From Epiperipatus broadwayi (lineage: Eukaryota > Animalia > Onychophora), in contig JAQFVV010000003.1 in assembly GCA_028023455.1 (NCBI GenBank), positions 23,622,001 to 23,686,000 on the forward strand: a stretch of DNA of 64,000 nucleotides, written 5' to 3'. The notes below the pieces were generated by a model. The model worked only from the letters and a program-made list of their open reading frames with translations. It was not told the origin of the DNA and ran no database searches. Shown piece by piece: positions 25,536 to 38,642 of the stretch. Each line of letters begins with the position of its first letter. Position 1 is the first letter of the stretch. The position numbers and the translations under genes were made by a program.

Positions 25536-27070
25536 TGTATTTTTATATTGGACTATTCCACCATGTAATATGCATATTGAATGTCTTTAGAAAATTTTAA
25601 CTTTAAATATCCCAAATACATCCAACTGTTAGTAATAGCATATCAAACAGTGTGGATGATATTATTTGATACATTTGTTGTATGGCCACATGGTGAAGCA
25701 CTACTACAAACTTTCTTGAAACACATCAACAACATATCCCCTTCAATTAAATTCACAGTAGAATCAGAACAAGAACAAAAATTGACATTCTTAGATGTTC
25801 TTGTAACAAAACTCCCTCATGGCAAAATCAAAACTACAGTTTACTGAAAACCCACAGATATAGGAAAATACCTAACCTATACATTCAATCACACCAGCTA
25901 CACAAAACATGGAGTTATACTATCACTATGGAACAGAGCAAAGAAAGTTTGTTCAGAAACCAGTGATTTGGAAAACGAAAAGATCTATATAGAACAAACT
26001 CTTATGAAAAATGGTTATCCATCAGCTGTTACTAAGAAAACCTTAAATAGACAAGAAAAAAACCATCAAAAGAAAAAAATAATTATTGGTACTGTAGTGT
26101 ACCCATACATTCCAAAAATAGATAAATTAAGGAAAATCTGCAATCAGTATATCATTAGAACAGCTTTCCAGAGCCATACTATGAGGAATTCTAACATCTA
26201 CACTATGAGGAATTCTAACATCTACAAAGCCTAAATTTGAAATGCTGAAAAGAAAAAACTGCATCTATGAAGTATCACGTGAATGTGGAAGAACATACCT
26301 TGGTGAGATCAGTCATCCCATTGAAAAGCACTTGCAAGAACACAAACTGATGATTAGAAGAGAGAAAACAGATGTGTCTAAGGTAGCAGATTATGTATGT
26401 ACCAATGAACATATGTTTCATTGGGAAAATATAAAATATTGGATAGAGAAGAAAAGCTACAAAGAAGAAAATTTAAAGAAGCTGCTCACCCAACAATAGC
26501 AAAAAATCCCATAAGCCAATCTAGTGTGACTATACATAATGTATGGAAACCACTAATCAACTTTGCTCTTAGGAAAAATTAGAAAAATCAGGAGGACCTC
26601 ATAGATAAGTATATGAAATGTCTACTAACTTGTCTTTGGCAGGGTGGCTCAGTTGGTTAGACTATTACTTTAAAATTCAATACACAAGAATCTAAGGGTC
26701 CAGGTTTGAATCCCATGCTAGTATTGTCACTGGTCAGGTCAGCAACACCTGAAGAAGAGGAGAGAATAATATCTCTTGAAATGTTGTAAAATTCAATACT
26801 CAAAAATCTAAGGGTCCAGGTTTGAACCCCATGTTAGTACTGTCACTGGTCAGACCAGCAACACTTGAAAAAGTGGGGAGAATAATACCTCTCAAAATGT
26901 TGTGCATATACTAACCTGTTTGATGTGCTATTGCTACCAGTTGAATGTATTTTGCATATTTAAATAAAGTTAAATTTTTCTAAAGACATACAATACTCAT
27001 ATTAGATGATGGAAATAGTCCAGTATAAAAATACAACTAAAACACCATCATTACAAACCTTCAGGAAAAC
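25536..27070 (+). mobile_element. 5'-truncated Penelope-like element: inverted terminal repeat, RT C-terminus, GIY-YIG endonuclease, tandem 3' repeats
   Basis: VDD..TFVVWPHG, FLKHINNISPSIKFTVESE...LTFLDVLV, YxKPT, NGYP, VYPYIP and the GIY-YIG region NCIYEVSRECGRTYLGEISHPIEKHLQEH (ORFs 25581-25847, 25968-26234, 26242-26499), with stops and frameshifts. 25536-25650 is an inverted copy of the 3' repeat, a typical PLE 5' inversion. A 24-bp tandem duplication lies at about 26178-26225. Confidence 0.9.
26746..26787 (+). ncRNA. Minimal type I hammerhead ribozyme motif (family A, CpG-decayed)
   Basis: CAC CTGAAGA A GAGGAG AGAATAATA TCTCTT GAAA TG TT GT. The consensus from five copies is CAC-CTGAAGA-A-GAGGGG-AGAATAATA-CCTCTC-GAAA-CG-TT-GTG, with the palindrome AACGTT replacing helix III. 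Confidence 0.7.
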
Positions 27071-27079
27071 ACACATCTG

Positions 27080-27430
27080 TAGACCCATTAAAAATGTGCT
27101 TTGTGATGAACTTGTGTATGGTTTTCATGGTAGAAGTGTAGACCCATCTATGTTCTATGGATTATCTCAAAGACATTTTAAGGAAATGGAATGCAAATCT
27201 GGTAGAGAAAAGTATACATTGGAGAGTTACAATTAGACAAGGTGTTCAAGTATTTCAATAAAAAAAGGTTTCTGCTGAAGAAATTAAAAAACAACATCAT
27301 AAAAAAAAAAGTTTTCTGCTGAAGAAATTAAAAAACATCATCGTAAAATTTCAATAAGTAGGATAATGGGCCTATATGTTCTACATGTGGACATATTTGT
27401 GGTTCATATTGGTTTGTATAGTCATTGCAA
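27080..27430 (+). mobile_element. 3' fragment of an RTE (BovB-like) LINE
   Basis: Frameshifted remnants RPIKNVLCDELVYG.GRSV..P...DYLKDILRK...WRVTIRQGVQVF and the terminal zinc finger ICSTCGHICGS.IGLYSH, typical of RTE/BovB C-termini. A tandem duplication of about 41 bp lies at 27260-27341. Confidence 0.6.
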
Positions 27431-30400
27431 AACAAATTTCTAAAGTAGTTTTTTTCTCTATTCCTCTTCTTTTTTTTTCTTTTTGGAGTTGGAATGGCCA
27501 CATTCCTTCACAAATGGCTATTTATTATTATTAAAAAGTACTATTTATGCAAAAAAATGTTTTAATGTAAAAGCTTTTTATGTTGGCTGCAAATATGTAT
27601 CCAATTCTATATGTGTGTGTAATGTTTTTTTTTACTTGGATGACCTCTATTTTTTCTACATTTTTCATTTTTACAGTTAATTTTTTTTTTTGAAAAGTAA
27701 CAGAATCCTTCTTTAAATTAAGTAAAAAAAAAATTCATATTAACTTAACGATGTTTTAATATATTTTTAATTGATTTAATAATATTTGACTACTGATTAT
27801 AACTTAGTTTAAAGACTTAACTGTTAGTGATTTTTTTTATTATTAGATATGTATAAAATCAAAATAAAAGTAAATATTAATATGTGAAAAACAATTCCAA
27901 ATAATGAAGAAATGATGTGTTTTGGTTTAAGGATTTCTCTGGTGAAACTGTTATTATCCATTATTATCCCACCCCAAAATGACCCAATTTGACCAATTAT
28001 ACAGAAATCCTTAATAAAGCTCTAAAATAAAAAGTAATTGGAGAATTTGCAAATAGATAATTGGAAACATGTTGTATGTTTAACTATTTAAATGATAATT
28101 TCCTTGAATTAAATTCAAACAAGTACGTTTTTTAAAAAAGTATTATGAAATAAACTAGGATAGTCTTTTATTAAATTATGAAATTAATTATAAAGAAATT
28201 AAAAATTAAAATGTTCTATTTTTGAAAAACTATACTCATGGCAAGTGGTTATTTTTATTAAAATTGAAATATTTTTAGTTAAATGAAATATAGTAAATTT
28301 TTAAGAATTTTATAGATCATAAATTCTATGTAATGGCTAGTTTTTTGACTTGAAAAAATTTAACCCACTGTCTGATTATAATGCAATATTGCAGAGTGAT
28401 ACTCCTTTCTTGGAGAAAAATCGTTTCCTTTAATAATGCAATGCATTATTAGATTGACTGAAAGCTGACAAATTTTAGTGCAAATTTGCCATGAGTGGTT
28501 CCAATTTAACACTAGTGATTTTATGGTTTAATTTTGATTTTAATCCATAGATGGCAGAAGTAATTAAAAAATAAAACACTAAAGCTTAAGTACTAGCTTG
28601 AGAATTTTATGAACATTGTTTATGTTACATGATAAAATAATAAAAATGAAATATATGTACAATATTAAAAATGTTTTTATGATACATTAATTTTTTTTTT
28701 TACATTTTTCTAATAAAGTCAAATTGCAAACTGCTTTTAATTTCTTTTGACAGTTCCCTCTTCTCGATCTACTTTCATTAAATATTTAGAAAGAAGGTAT
28801 GGAAAATTTTTTTTTTTACAAGAAACTATTCAAACTAAAGGCTACATATTGACTTTACAATTTAAGTCTCAATTTAATTAAGTTTAACAATATTCAAAAG
28901 ATTAATTGTGCGATTCTTATAGCCTACATATTTAGCAGCTCTGAGCCATCTTAGCTAGTATAATTGCATAAGAAGGTTTCTTTAAAGATCTTTGAAAGGA
29001 ATAATTGTGAAGTGAATACCAAGAAAACTCATGAGAAATAAGTATTAATATTAGAGTATCCACAAGAGTTTTTGAAGACAAAAAAAACCTGGAGGAAAAA
29101 TTGTGAATTTCATATATTTTCAAACTTTTATTATATGAAAATTAAGGAAAGAAAAAGGAGGTGAAGGAGTGAAAATATTAAATATATGAAGAATGTTTCT
29201 ACTGGTTTGAAGATAGAAGTGGGGAAATATTTTCTCTATGTGAAGATCTCCTCTTATAAGAAATGCTTTTTTTTTTTACTGCCAATAAAATGTAATATTT
29301 ATTATTACATTTTAAAAGCTTTAATACTAGCTTCCATTTTTACTATCTACCCTTATCATTTCTATTTTTTATTGTATAACTTTCTCATATATAAAAATTA
29401 GAGAAAGTACAAGAGCTTGAAAAAATACTAAAAGTAAAAAATTTGCATTTACAAACACTTTATAATTATTTTTTTAAATTATTAAAATTTACGTATTAAA
29501 ATTTGGTTTGGGAATATTTTCTTGGGAATATCTTGTGATATTATCTTTTCCCGGTCCCTTTTTTTTATGTATCTAAGCCATAGACTGACTGAACATTTTA
29601 GGGCCAATTTTTTCCATGATGTAAACATTGTTTTCCAACAACAGTCATCTTATCAAATGATAATGCTCTATTCAGTTACACATTGTTTTGAGAATTATTT
29701 TATCCAATTCTGTTTTCCAATATCACTAACGTAAATAACATTAAGACTTTGTTATCCATTCTTGAAAGAGGGAAAAATTGATCTCCATTATTATCTTTTA
29801 GAGAATTTAAGCTCTTCTTTAGGAGGATAGACTTTATATTTTTTTAGATTTGTATACAGTATATATAATACATTCCATGTAGAATGTAAGAAGATTCTGG
29901 TGTAAATGATACTAACAACAGTATATTTAAAAATTACTATTAAAAAGGTATTTTCCAGATAGAATTACACTAATTTATTGCACAGAAATATATAGATCAA
30001 AAGAAGAGTCATACTAATTCAAAACATTGTAACACAAAGATCCTTATAAGACTATTTCTCTTTCAGTGTTGCCATCTCTTATGCTTAATAATCAATAAAT
30101 ATTACAAATTATGTATTAAACCCTTATCCCAAAGCTATTTGAGCCTTATGCCCAGAATAGTTGCTAATTTATGACCTTCAAAAATTGAGGAGCTTTCACT
30201 AGATTATTTGGACTTAATGCTTCTTTCATTCACTTGATATCTTTTACTCCTTTTTTACAATCAAGCTATGAGTTTAAAACTCAAAAATAATATTTTAAAT
30301 TCAAGACTATTTGCATTAGATGCAGATCCAAGCCAGAGTCTACATTAGATATATGGATAAAATAGAGTAAATATCAATTTTAAAAGTAATTTCATCTAGT

Positions 30401-30549
30401 GCCTATTGATTATTCAAGCTTATTATGAATGCCATATTTGAGGATGATGATGTGGTGGTACTGATATGTAATAACAAATATAATTATATAATTACTTGCT
30501 TAAAAAATAATGTGCTATTCAAGATTAAAGTGCCTATTTGTATATATAT

Positions 30550-30760
30550 GACTATTTCCATCATCAAATATAAGTATTGAATGTCTTCAGAAAAATTTAA
30601 TTTTATTTAAATATTTCAAATACATTCAAACAGTTAAATGTAATTGGAATATTTAAATATAGTTTAGTTTTTCTAAAGATATTCAATACTCATATTAGAT
30701 GATGGAAATAGTCCAATATATAAATACAACTAAAATACCATCATCACAAACCTTCAGGGA
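30550..30760. repeat. Family A fold-back made only of the distal repeat part (no tRNA/hammerhead core)
   Basis: GACTATTTCCATCATC.AATAT.AGTATTGAATGTCTT.AGAAAAATTTAA...CAAATACATT is immediately inverted to AATGTA.TTGGAATATTTAAAT...TTTTTCTAAAGATATTCAATACTCATATTAGATGATGGAAATAGTC, then TACAACTAAAATACCATCATCACAAACCTTCAGGGAAA as in the other family A copies. Confidence 0.8.
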
Positions 30761-31002
30761 AATATAAAGTGCCTATTTGAGTTAAGAATTGATTCACATA
30801 TTTTTGATTCATGAGCTTATTATTTTAGTATTATATTAAACTGCAAAAGAAAATGATCATTTGTGTAAGAAAATGTTAATTAGAAGTAATCAAATTGCTG
30901 AAAGGATGAGATAAGAAATAACTGTGATTAAAAATATGGCAGTGAAAATAATTAAGGAGATATAGTTAGGCAAGAATTCAGAAATGGGTTAACAAACCAT
31001 TG

Positions 31003-31231
31003 AACATCATATGATCACCATTTCTTATGCTTACTTATAACTGTTATTAAAACAGGCAAAACTCTCCATCCAAGGATCCTCACTGATGAAGGCCACAAGC
31101 CAGAAACTAGTCTGGGGGTATTGGATGAGTAGGCACTAGATAGGGATTTTATGCACAAGCATTCTGGCATCCATTGATTACTCTAGCTTGCACTGAGTGG
31201 CACTATGGTATGGAGAGTTTTGCCTATTTTA
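31003..31231 (+). repeat. Family C dispersed repeat with terminal inversion
   Basis: Shared family C left end, AAAACAGGCAAAACTCTCCAT / ATGGAGAGTTTTGCCTATTTT inverted ends. The internal segment is the reverse complement of 50400-50540. Confidence 0.8.
31069..31125 (+). ncRNA. Minimal type I hammerhead ribozyme, core intact
   Basis: TCCAA-GG-ATCCTCA CTGATGA A GGC-CACAA-GCC A GAAA C-TA-G T C TGGGGGT-A-TTGGA. Helix I is ATCCTCA/TGGGGGT extended by TCCAA/TTGGA; helix II is GGC/GCC; helix III is the palindrome ACTAGT; the cleavage triplet is GTC (31110-31112). Confidence 0.7.
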
Positions 31232-34200
31232 AAGTGGGTTAATATTTTTAAGTATTTAAGAAGTTGATTAATCCATAATCAAAGTATTCTAGAAAGATTA
31301 TCATAAGGTAGAGAATGTAGTGAAAGATATGGAAGAAAAAATGCTAAGATCATTAAATAATTTATTTATTAAGTAGAGTGAGTAAACTATATTTGTGTAA
31401 ATTAGAAGCATATATAAATCCTGAAGAACTGCATTATGAAATTTAAATATTTAACTAGCTGTGTAAATGAGAGTGGAGATTTAAAATATAAAACTATATT
31501 CACTTAATAGGCTTGTAATCAAGATTTATAAAGCAAAAATATAGACAACTAAAAAAAAAAGAGATTAAAAATTGATTCATAAGTTGTTGCAATGTAATGC
31601 AAATAAATTGAGAGATCTAATGAAGATAAAAAGATAAAAAAATCATGATTAAAGTAAATGTCATTGAATAGACTTAAGTGCATGTAGGAATATGTCACAT
31701 CACTTATTGTGAAGGCCAGTATAGTATTACAATCACATTTTTTATTTTTACAAGCATAAATATTCATCTAATTACTTAACCAGAATGGAATATCCTGATG
31801 ATTATGATGATAATTTATTTTAATAATAAACTTAAACTATATTGTTTATGTTTACTTTTTAATAAATTAAAGTATTTTGTTTTGTTTAATACTTTATTAA
31901 TAACTTAAAAAACTTATATTTATGAAGTGTCTAGCTGGAGGCTTATTTCTAAATCTGGTTTATCTTTTTTTCCTATCAGGATTATTAACTATTTTTAATA
32001 TATATATTTGCACATATACAATTACATGGTTATTAACGTTTTCAGAGACAATATCATAGCCAGGCAGATAAGAATTACGCTAATCATCTTTTTATTGCAC
32101 TAACAGTGTTAATTTTACATGACGTTTTCTGTTGTTTACCCAGGTGTTTTTATTTTAACTAAAGAATAGAGTTAAATTTATTCCAAAACTGTGAGTTCTC
32201 TGTAATATAAATGACAAGTAGGTGAAACTTTTCAGCAACTTTTTTTTAAAGTTGAAATTTCATTAGAAGGTTTGGCTTCTTAAAGTCTTTAGCACTACCG
32301 CATCCCTGGGATACAGGTTATGTGTAAAACTAAAAATCTAAATATACCACATTATAAACAGTGAGTGTTTACTCGATTGATAAATAATGTCATACATCTC
32401 TACATATATAAATCAAATGTTTCATAAAGATAAACTTCCAAAATATATCAGTATAATATTGAGCTATAGTCCAAATTTTTAGTCAATCCAAGCTTAAAAA
32501 TAAATCTCACAAGAGGCTGTTTTATGATTGTTGATAATTTTTCATGAAACAGAAAAAAATCTTATGTAAAAATATTGCTTGTTGGCTTTAGAACCTTAAT
32601 ATAAAAATTGGGAATCTACACTAGAAATCTCTGAATCCCCAAATTGCTTCTTACTATAAAAACAAAAGTAAGGCCTCTTCAGTTGTTATTCATAAAGAAA
32701 CAATGAAGAAGGCAGTACCTACCAGGTTTGCTAATTGTAATGAGGGTTTAGTTATAGTTTGCATTTCAGTTTTATCAGACCCAGATTCAAGTTTAAGTCA
32801 TAAGTAAGACTGGCAAACATGCTATTTTTGCCACAGTGAAATTCACCGTAACCCCCCAAAAATTGCTTAGTTAATACATAATGAAAATATTAGAAATACA
32901 TCCTTACAAGTCTTTTCATAGTTAAACCAAATTAACATAACAAACTTTCAAAATAAATAAAGCATTTAAGAATAACACTGAGCTTTTTTCAAAGAAGTTA
33001 TAATATAAGCTTTTGATAACTCCAAATGTGAATTCAAACTCTTTGCTTCACTTCCAGCAGGCATATATTGGGACTGTTATGATCATAAATTTTTATTGCT
33101 TAATTTGATTATTTGTTTACATTCTGGTTTATTTGATGACAAATAAATGTTTTTAAGATTTAATATTAATATCATCTATATTCTTTATTACTTTATACAA
33201 AGCTTTTTTACAATCCACTAGACAGTTTCGATTGCCCTGGAAATCTTCTTCAGACCCTTTACTTATATTTACAAATATAAATAGTTGGCAGAGCAATAAG
33301 AAAGATAAAGTTAAATGTTTTTAAGATTTTAAATTTATCATTATATGTGCTACTTAATTTATCTAACTTTTGTTGAGACATTCAAAGTCCACCATGTTGT
33401 GTAAAAATATTATATCAGGCTCAGAAAAATTAGTCAATTATAACAACCATCTCAAATTATTCTCACAACTTTTTAGCATTGTATGATTTCTCTTTTTTGT
33501 TAGCAGAAAACCAAAAGTTATAGGACTAAGAGAATTAACTTTTTCTCTTGTTGTTGTATTAAACTATAAGCAGCACTGTTCATTTTAAAATTAAATTACT
33601 AACGTAGAGTATTTTATTTTATGCAATATGAAAAAAAAAAAAAACTCTCCAGTGATATCAATTTGCACAATATTTAATATAAGTTGAAATTTATATTTAA
33701 TTTATTTTTGAAAAAAAATAAAAATAATAATAATAATAATTGAAGATTAATTTACAAATATAATGTTCAGGAACCAGTTATATCAATGTTGATAGAAGTA
33801 CTTTTGTTTATAATTTCTGAATATTAAATACACTTTTGATGGATTAAAAATAATTTTTTTGTACATCTTCAAGTTTTTCTATATATTATTGTTCTTCTGA
33901 GTCTACAATAAATTTTGGTTCAAATGAAGATTCAATTATTATTCATCTTACTAGTAATAGTTCTTTTAATATGTTATAAGTCACATCAGTATACCCTTTT
34001 GGCTGCTTGTAGGCAATAATGATTTTTTTTAATGAATTTTCATTAGAAAATTAAATTATATGATATTAATGATAAAATATCAAATGCTTCTTAAAACTAA
34101 TGTACCATAAAAACAATAAAGTAATAAAAATGTAATAATAATCAGTCCAAACATTTTATTGTTTCAGTCAGATTCAAGCCCTATCTAAGATATTCCTATA

Positions 34201-36569
34201 GGAGATCTTTCTCAACAAAATAAATATTAGATTAAATAATAATTTGTTTTCAAGTATTTATTTAAAAATAACATTGTTAAAAATGGAAAATCAAATTGTT
34301 ACAAATTATGGCCAATTTATATACATATACATACATATAAATTGCATGTAATCTTATATATAAAATTGATGAGAATGTATGTTTGTCTGTAATGCTTTAC
34401 TGAAGCACCCTCTAAAAGCTGGATACACAAAACTATTAATAAAAGTCAGAAACATGCAAATTGTTATGTTGTACCTTATAATTCAATGTATAACAAAGTA
34501 TGGAAATTTATAAACATTTTAAATCTTTATTAAAAGATTATCTTATATAAAACAATCAATGTGAATATATAGTCATCCAATTTGCTTTAGTGCCTTTTGA
34601 ATTTTTTTATTCAGAGGGTGCTCCAATAAATCATATTATGTATAGTCCGTAATACTGTCAAATTCATATTATCAAATATAATAGATATATTTAAAAATTT
34701 AAATTTAGTTTTATTAATTTACATTTATTAATACCTTGCTGGATACATTTCTGAAGTGTACCAAACAGGCTGTATAGTTCCAAAGAAAAAAAAATATTAC
34801 AAAAAATGATGGACTTTCAGGCTGGGTATATTTTTTGCATTTATATTTGAAATAAAATTTAAATGTAATTATTAATATTATACATATCCTGAGATTATTT
34901 ACCACCTTGTTTTAAAATTCTCATACATGGATTTTCTACTCCCCTTTCCAATAAAAATATTTTTTTAAAATATGATTTTACAAAAAAAATTATTAAAAAT
35001 GTATATTTCACATCATCATCTTGAAAATTACATTTAAAAAAATAAATGTTATTTATGTGTATGCAGAGTGCATTTTGCTATGTTTATTCAGAGACAACTT
35101 AATTTTGCCCTCCAAATGCTGATAAACCATCACTAGGAATAATGTTTCAAATATTTACTTTTATAAAAATCTATAATACACATATACAAAAAAATTGATA
35201 TAGTTTTCTGAGGCTTTATTATGTGACCTATATTTGAATCTTGGTCAATTTTTTTTTAAAGAAAAACATTTTCAGATAAATGAAGATTTTAAAATAAATT
35301 TAGGCCTTTTGAAATAGTCTTACACAACCTCGATACTATCAGATTTTTAAGGATGTATATAGGTAAATAGATATCTATAGCTAGAAAATAAAATGAGGAA
35401 GTAAGTAGTTATAAAACACTTGCCAATCAAAAGTTGATTAGCCCGATTGATTTCTTCATTAATGCTGTGAAAGAAGGATGTGGAATTTGGTCCTACAATG
35501 ATTGTTTGAGACATTTATAAAGAAAATGGTTTTAAATTCTTGAAGTAGTTTACAATGGCAAATTTGTTTAAGTTTATAAATTTTTTATGCTGTTTTTATT
35601 ATCAGTTTAACTTTTTTTTTTTATTATTAAATTGCTATTATTATTTTATCTAGTTGAAGCTATTTTATATATACTTTTAAATTTCTTAATAAAAATGTAA
35701 CACTTAATAGATTGTTTTATTTCTTTTATATTGATCTAACAAAAATCTTAAAATTAATTTTGTTTTGATTTTAAATCTGTTAAGGCTATTCTGATATAAA
35801 AGTTTGGCCCTCCATATTGGAGGTTGGGGCATCAGACTTTTGATATTCCCCAAAAAGTGAATGTTAAAAATCCAATATAAGGTTTCATAAATAGAATGGA
35901 AAATTGAAAGAGAGAAAATAGTAAAACAATTACGATTTATAGAATTTGTCAACTAAATTAATTGAAGTAATAAGTGAAAGTGAACAAATGTAGATTGATT
36001 TAATTGCCTTATTAGAAACTTAAAAAAAATACCAAGACTTAGATAATTTTGAATATTCTAATAATTTTTATTGTAATATACAAAGAATAAAAGTGAACAA
36101 ATAGTAATATTGACTCATAGGAGTTTCATAAAATATATTACAATATGGGAAGTAATCACTCATTGACAAATAAGAATGAATATGGTTATATATGAATAGA
36201 AAATGATTTTAAGGACTTATGCTATGAACAGTGATGCTCTTATGAATATCAAAGATGAGTTTTTTTGAACAATTAATAAAGAAATTTTTAAAAATTTGAA
36301 TGTCTAGAAAAATTGTATTGATTGGAGGAATTATTTGGTTAACAGATAGGAGACAAAAATACTATAAGGATAATGAAATAGATTTGATAAATGCATGTGT
36401 GCAAAACACTTTAAGAATAATAAAAAAAAAACATAAATACATGTAGATTCTAAATACAGTACATTAAATTTTAAATCTATATTAGATTATAACATGATAT
36501 GAATTTCATATTGCTGAGTGCAAGAATATGTGAAGAATTATTTTGTTGGAAGAATTCTGTATTATATTG

Positions 36570-37170
36570 AAAGTAGGTTGTTTTTATGCAGAATTCTTAA
36601 TAGTTCCATTATAATATCAATAGGAAGAGTTGTTCTGATTTGTAAGCCATTATCACCAATGAATATATGTTCAATTGGGAAAACACAAAAATATTGGATA
36701 GAGGAGAAAAGATACAAAGAAAAAAATTTTAAAAAGCTGTTCACATGACAATGCCAAACAACCCCATAAGTCAACTTAGTGTGACTATACATAATGTATG
36801 GAAACCATTAATCAATTTTGTTCTTAAAAAGAAAAAGTGAAGAAATCAGGAGGAACATCATAGATAAGTATATGAAATTTCTACTGACTGTTACCTTTGG
36901 CAGGATGGTTCAGTTCATTAGAGTGTTACCTTAAAATTCAATACTCAAGAATCTAAGGACCCAAGTTTGATTCCCATGCAATACTAGCACTGGTCAGGCA
37001 AGTAACACCTGAAGGAGGACAATAATACCTCTCCGAACATTGTGCATATACTAACCTGTTTGATGTGATATTACTATCTGTTGAATGTATTTGGAATATT
37101 TAAATAAAGTTAAATTTTTCTAAAGATCTTCAATACTCATGTTACTGTCATCACAAATCTTCAGGGAAAC
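36570..37170 (+). mobile_element. Second, shorter copy of the family A Penelope-like element with 5' inversion
   Basis: 36650-37170 aligns to 26400-27066 (KYWIEEKRYKEKNFKKLFT; tRNA-like cassette 36899-36980; degenerate hammerhead about 37006-37044). 36570-36645 is an inverted RT-region remnant (LQIRTTLPIDIIMELLRIL). Confidence 0.8.
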
Positions 37171-37669
37171 ACAATGGGGAAGAAAGTATGAAAAAAACTG
37201 CATCACCTCAATATGAGACTGTATAAATTACAAAATTTTTGGACTGATCAGAATTGCAATCTTCACCATATTCTCATTATGGAAAACCAGATGTAAGATA
37301 GTTATTGGAAAATCAGAATCAGAAGTAGTTCAATTGTTTTGTAACAGCTTAGAGCAAATCAAGAAAAGGGATGAAGATTGTTCATAAAAAAATTAACGAA
37401 GACACATGGTCATACTTGAACACTGCACTCTTGGACTAATATACTCTGGCCTTCATTGATTGTCTTATTATATAATTACAACTCTCAATAGAGACCTTGT
37501 TCAATGATTGATTATATATAAAAGTTTTCATTATTAATAAATATATATTATTAAAAGTAAAAAAAGTAAAATGAGTCATATTTGAGTGAAGAGAAAAACA
37601 ATGATAACTCGAGAGTGATTAAGGATTTGCAAAAATAAAAAAAGAAATATAATATACTAATTACAATGA

Positions 37670-38300
37670 AGAGATTGAAATAATATTTTGAGAACTTATT
37701 AGTGGAGAATAGAGTAGAATTTGAGAAAATAGGTGAAGAACAAAATGTACAAGTGATAAAATATATAACAAAAGATATTGAATTGATAATAGTATATAAA
37801 TCACTAAAAAACTTGAAGGCTTCTTGCTCTAGTGAATTGCCATTTGAATTAATTAAAAATAGAAATAAATAACTTTTTGAATTCTTGATTATTCCAATAC
37901 CATATTAAAAATAGATGTGCCCCTGCCTAAATGGAAAGTTTCATATATTACAACAATATCAGGGCAGAAAGAGTAACTGTGAAAATTATAGAATAATAAT
38001 TACTGATTTGTTGAATCAAATATATGTAAAAAATTCTGAAAAATATAAATGAATATGAATTAGGAATTTAAAAGCAGAGGAACAAACTGGTTTCAAAGAA
38101 AGGCATTCCGCGGTTGATTACGTGTTCTATATGACCTAAGTTATAGAAAAGAAGATGGTAACAAAAAAGAAATTTTTTGCAAATGGATACTAAAAAGGCA
38201 TAGGATAGCATCTCTCCAAAAAGAGTGCGGGCAACATTGGAATTAATGCAGATGTAACTTATTAGGCAGTTAAGAAATTATGTATTATATATAAATTAAT
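37670..38300 (+). mobile_element. Highly decayed RTE-like reverse transcriptase fragment
   Basis: Broken-frame motifs YFENL, LKNLKASCSSELPFELIK, KWKVSYITTI, KSNCENYR, EEQTGFKERHSAVDYVF, VIEK. Confidence 0.65.
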
Positions 38301-38534
38301 TAATTAACATTTCTTAAAAATAATTTCATCTTTAGAGGAAAGGCCTCTCCAACGGACTCCTACTGATCAATGACCTTACCATGTAGCGGTTTTCTATTTT
38401 TATTTTACTCGCTCTTATATTATTTAGATTTAGTTATCTATTTACTGACCACTTGCATGCCATTTACTTATGATCACAGGCAGAAGCCACAAACATCATT
38501 CATTCTGTACTTATTTATAAAGTGATGATTTTTT

Positions 38535-38642
38535 TTTTCCAGTGTCATAGCATCGGCTGGGACGCGAACCCACAACCGTCTGCAACCAACTACTTGCTTG
38601 CATGGCAGCTGCGATACCTCTCGGCTGACAACGCAAGACAAA
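38535..38642 (-). mobile_element. tRNA-Gly-derived short SINE (long-variable-arm subtype)
   Basis: Minus strand GCGTTGTCAGCCGAGAGGTATCGCAGCTGCCATGCAAGC...GTGGGTTCGCGTCCCAGCCGATGCTATGACA plus an A tail. TSD TGATGATTTTTT (38523-38534 / 38643-38654). Confidence 0.8.
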
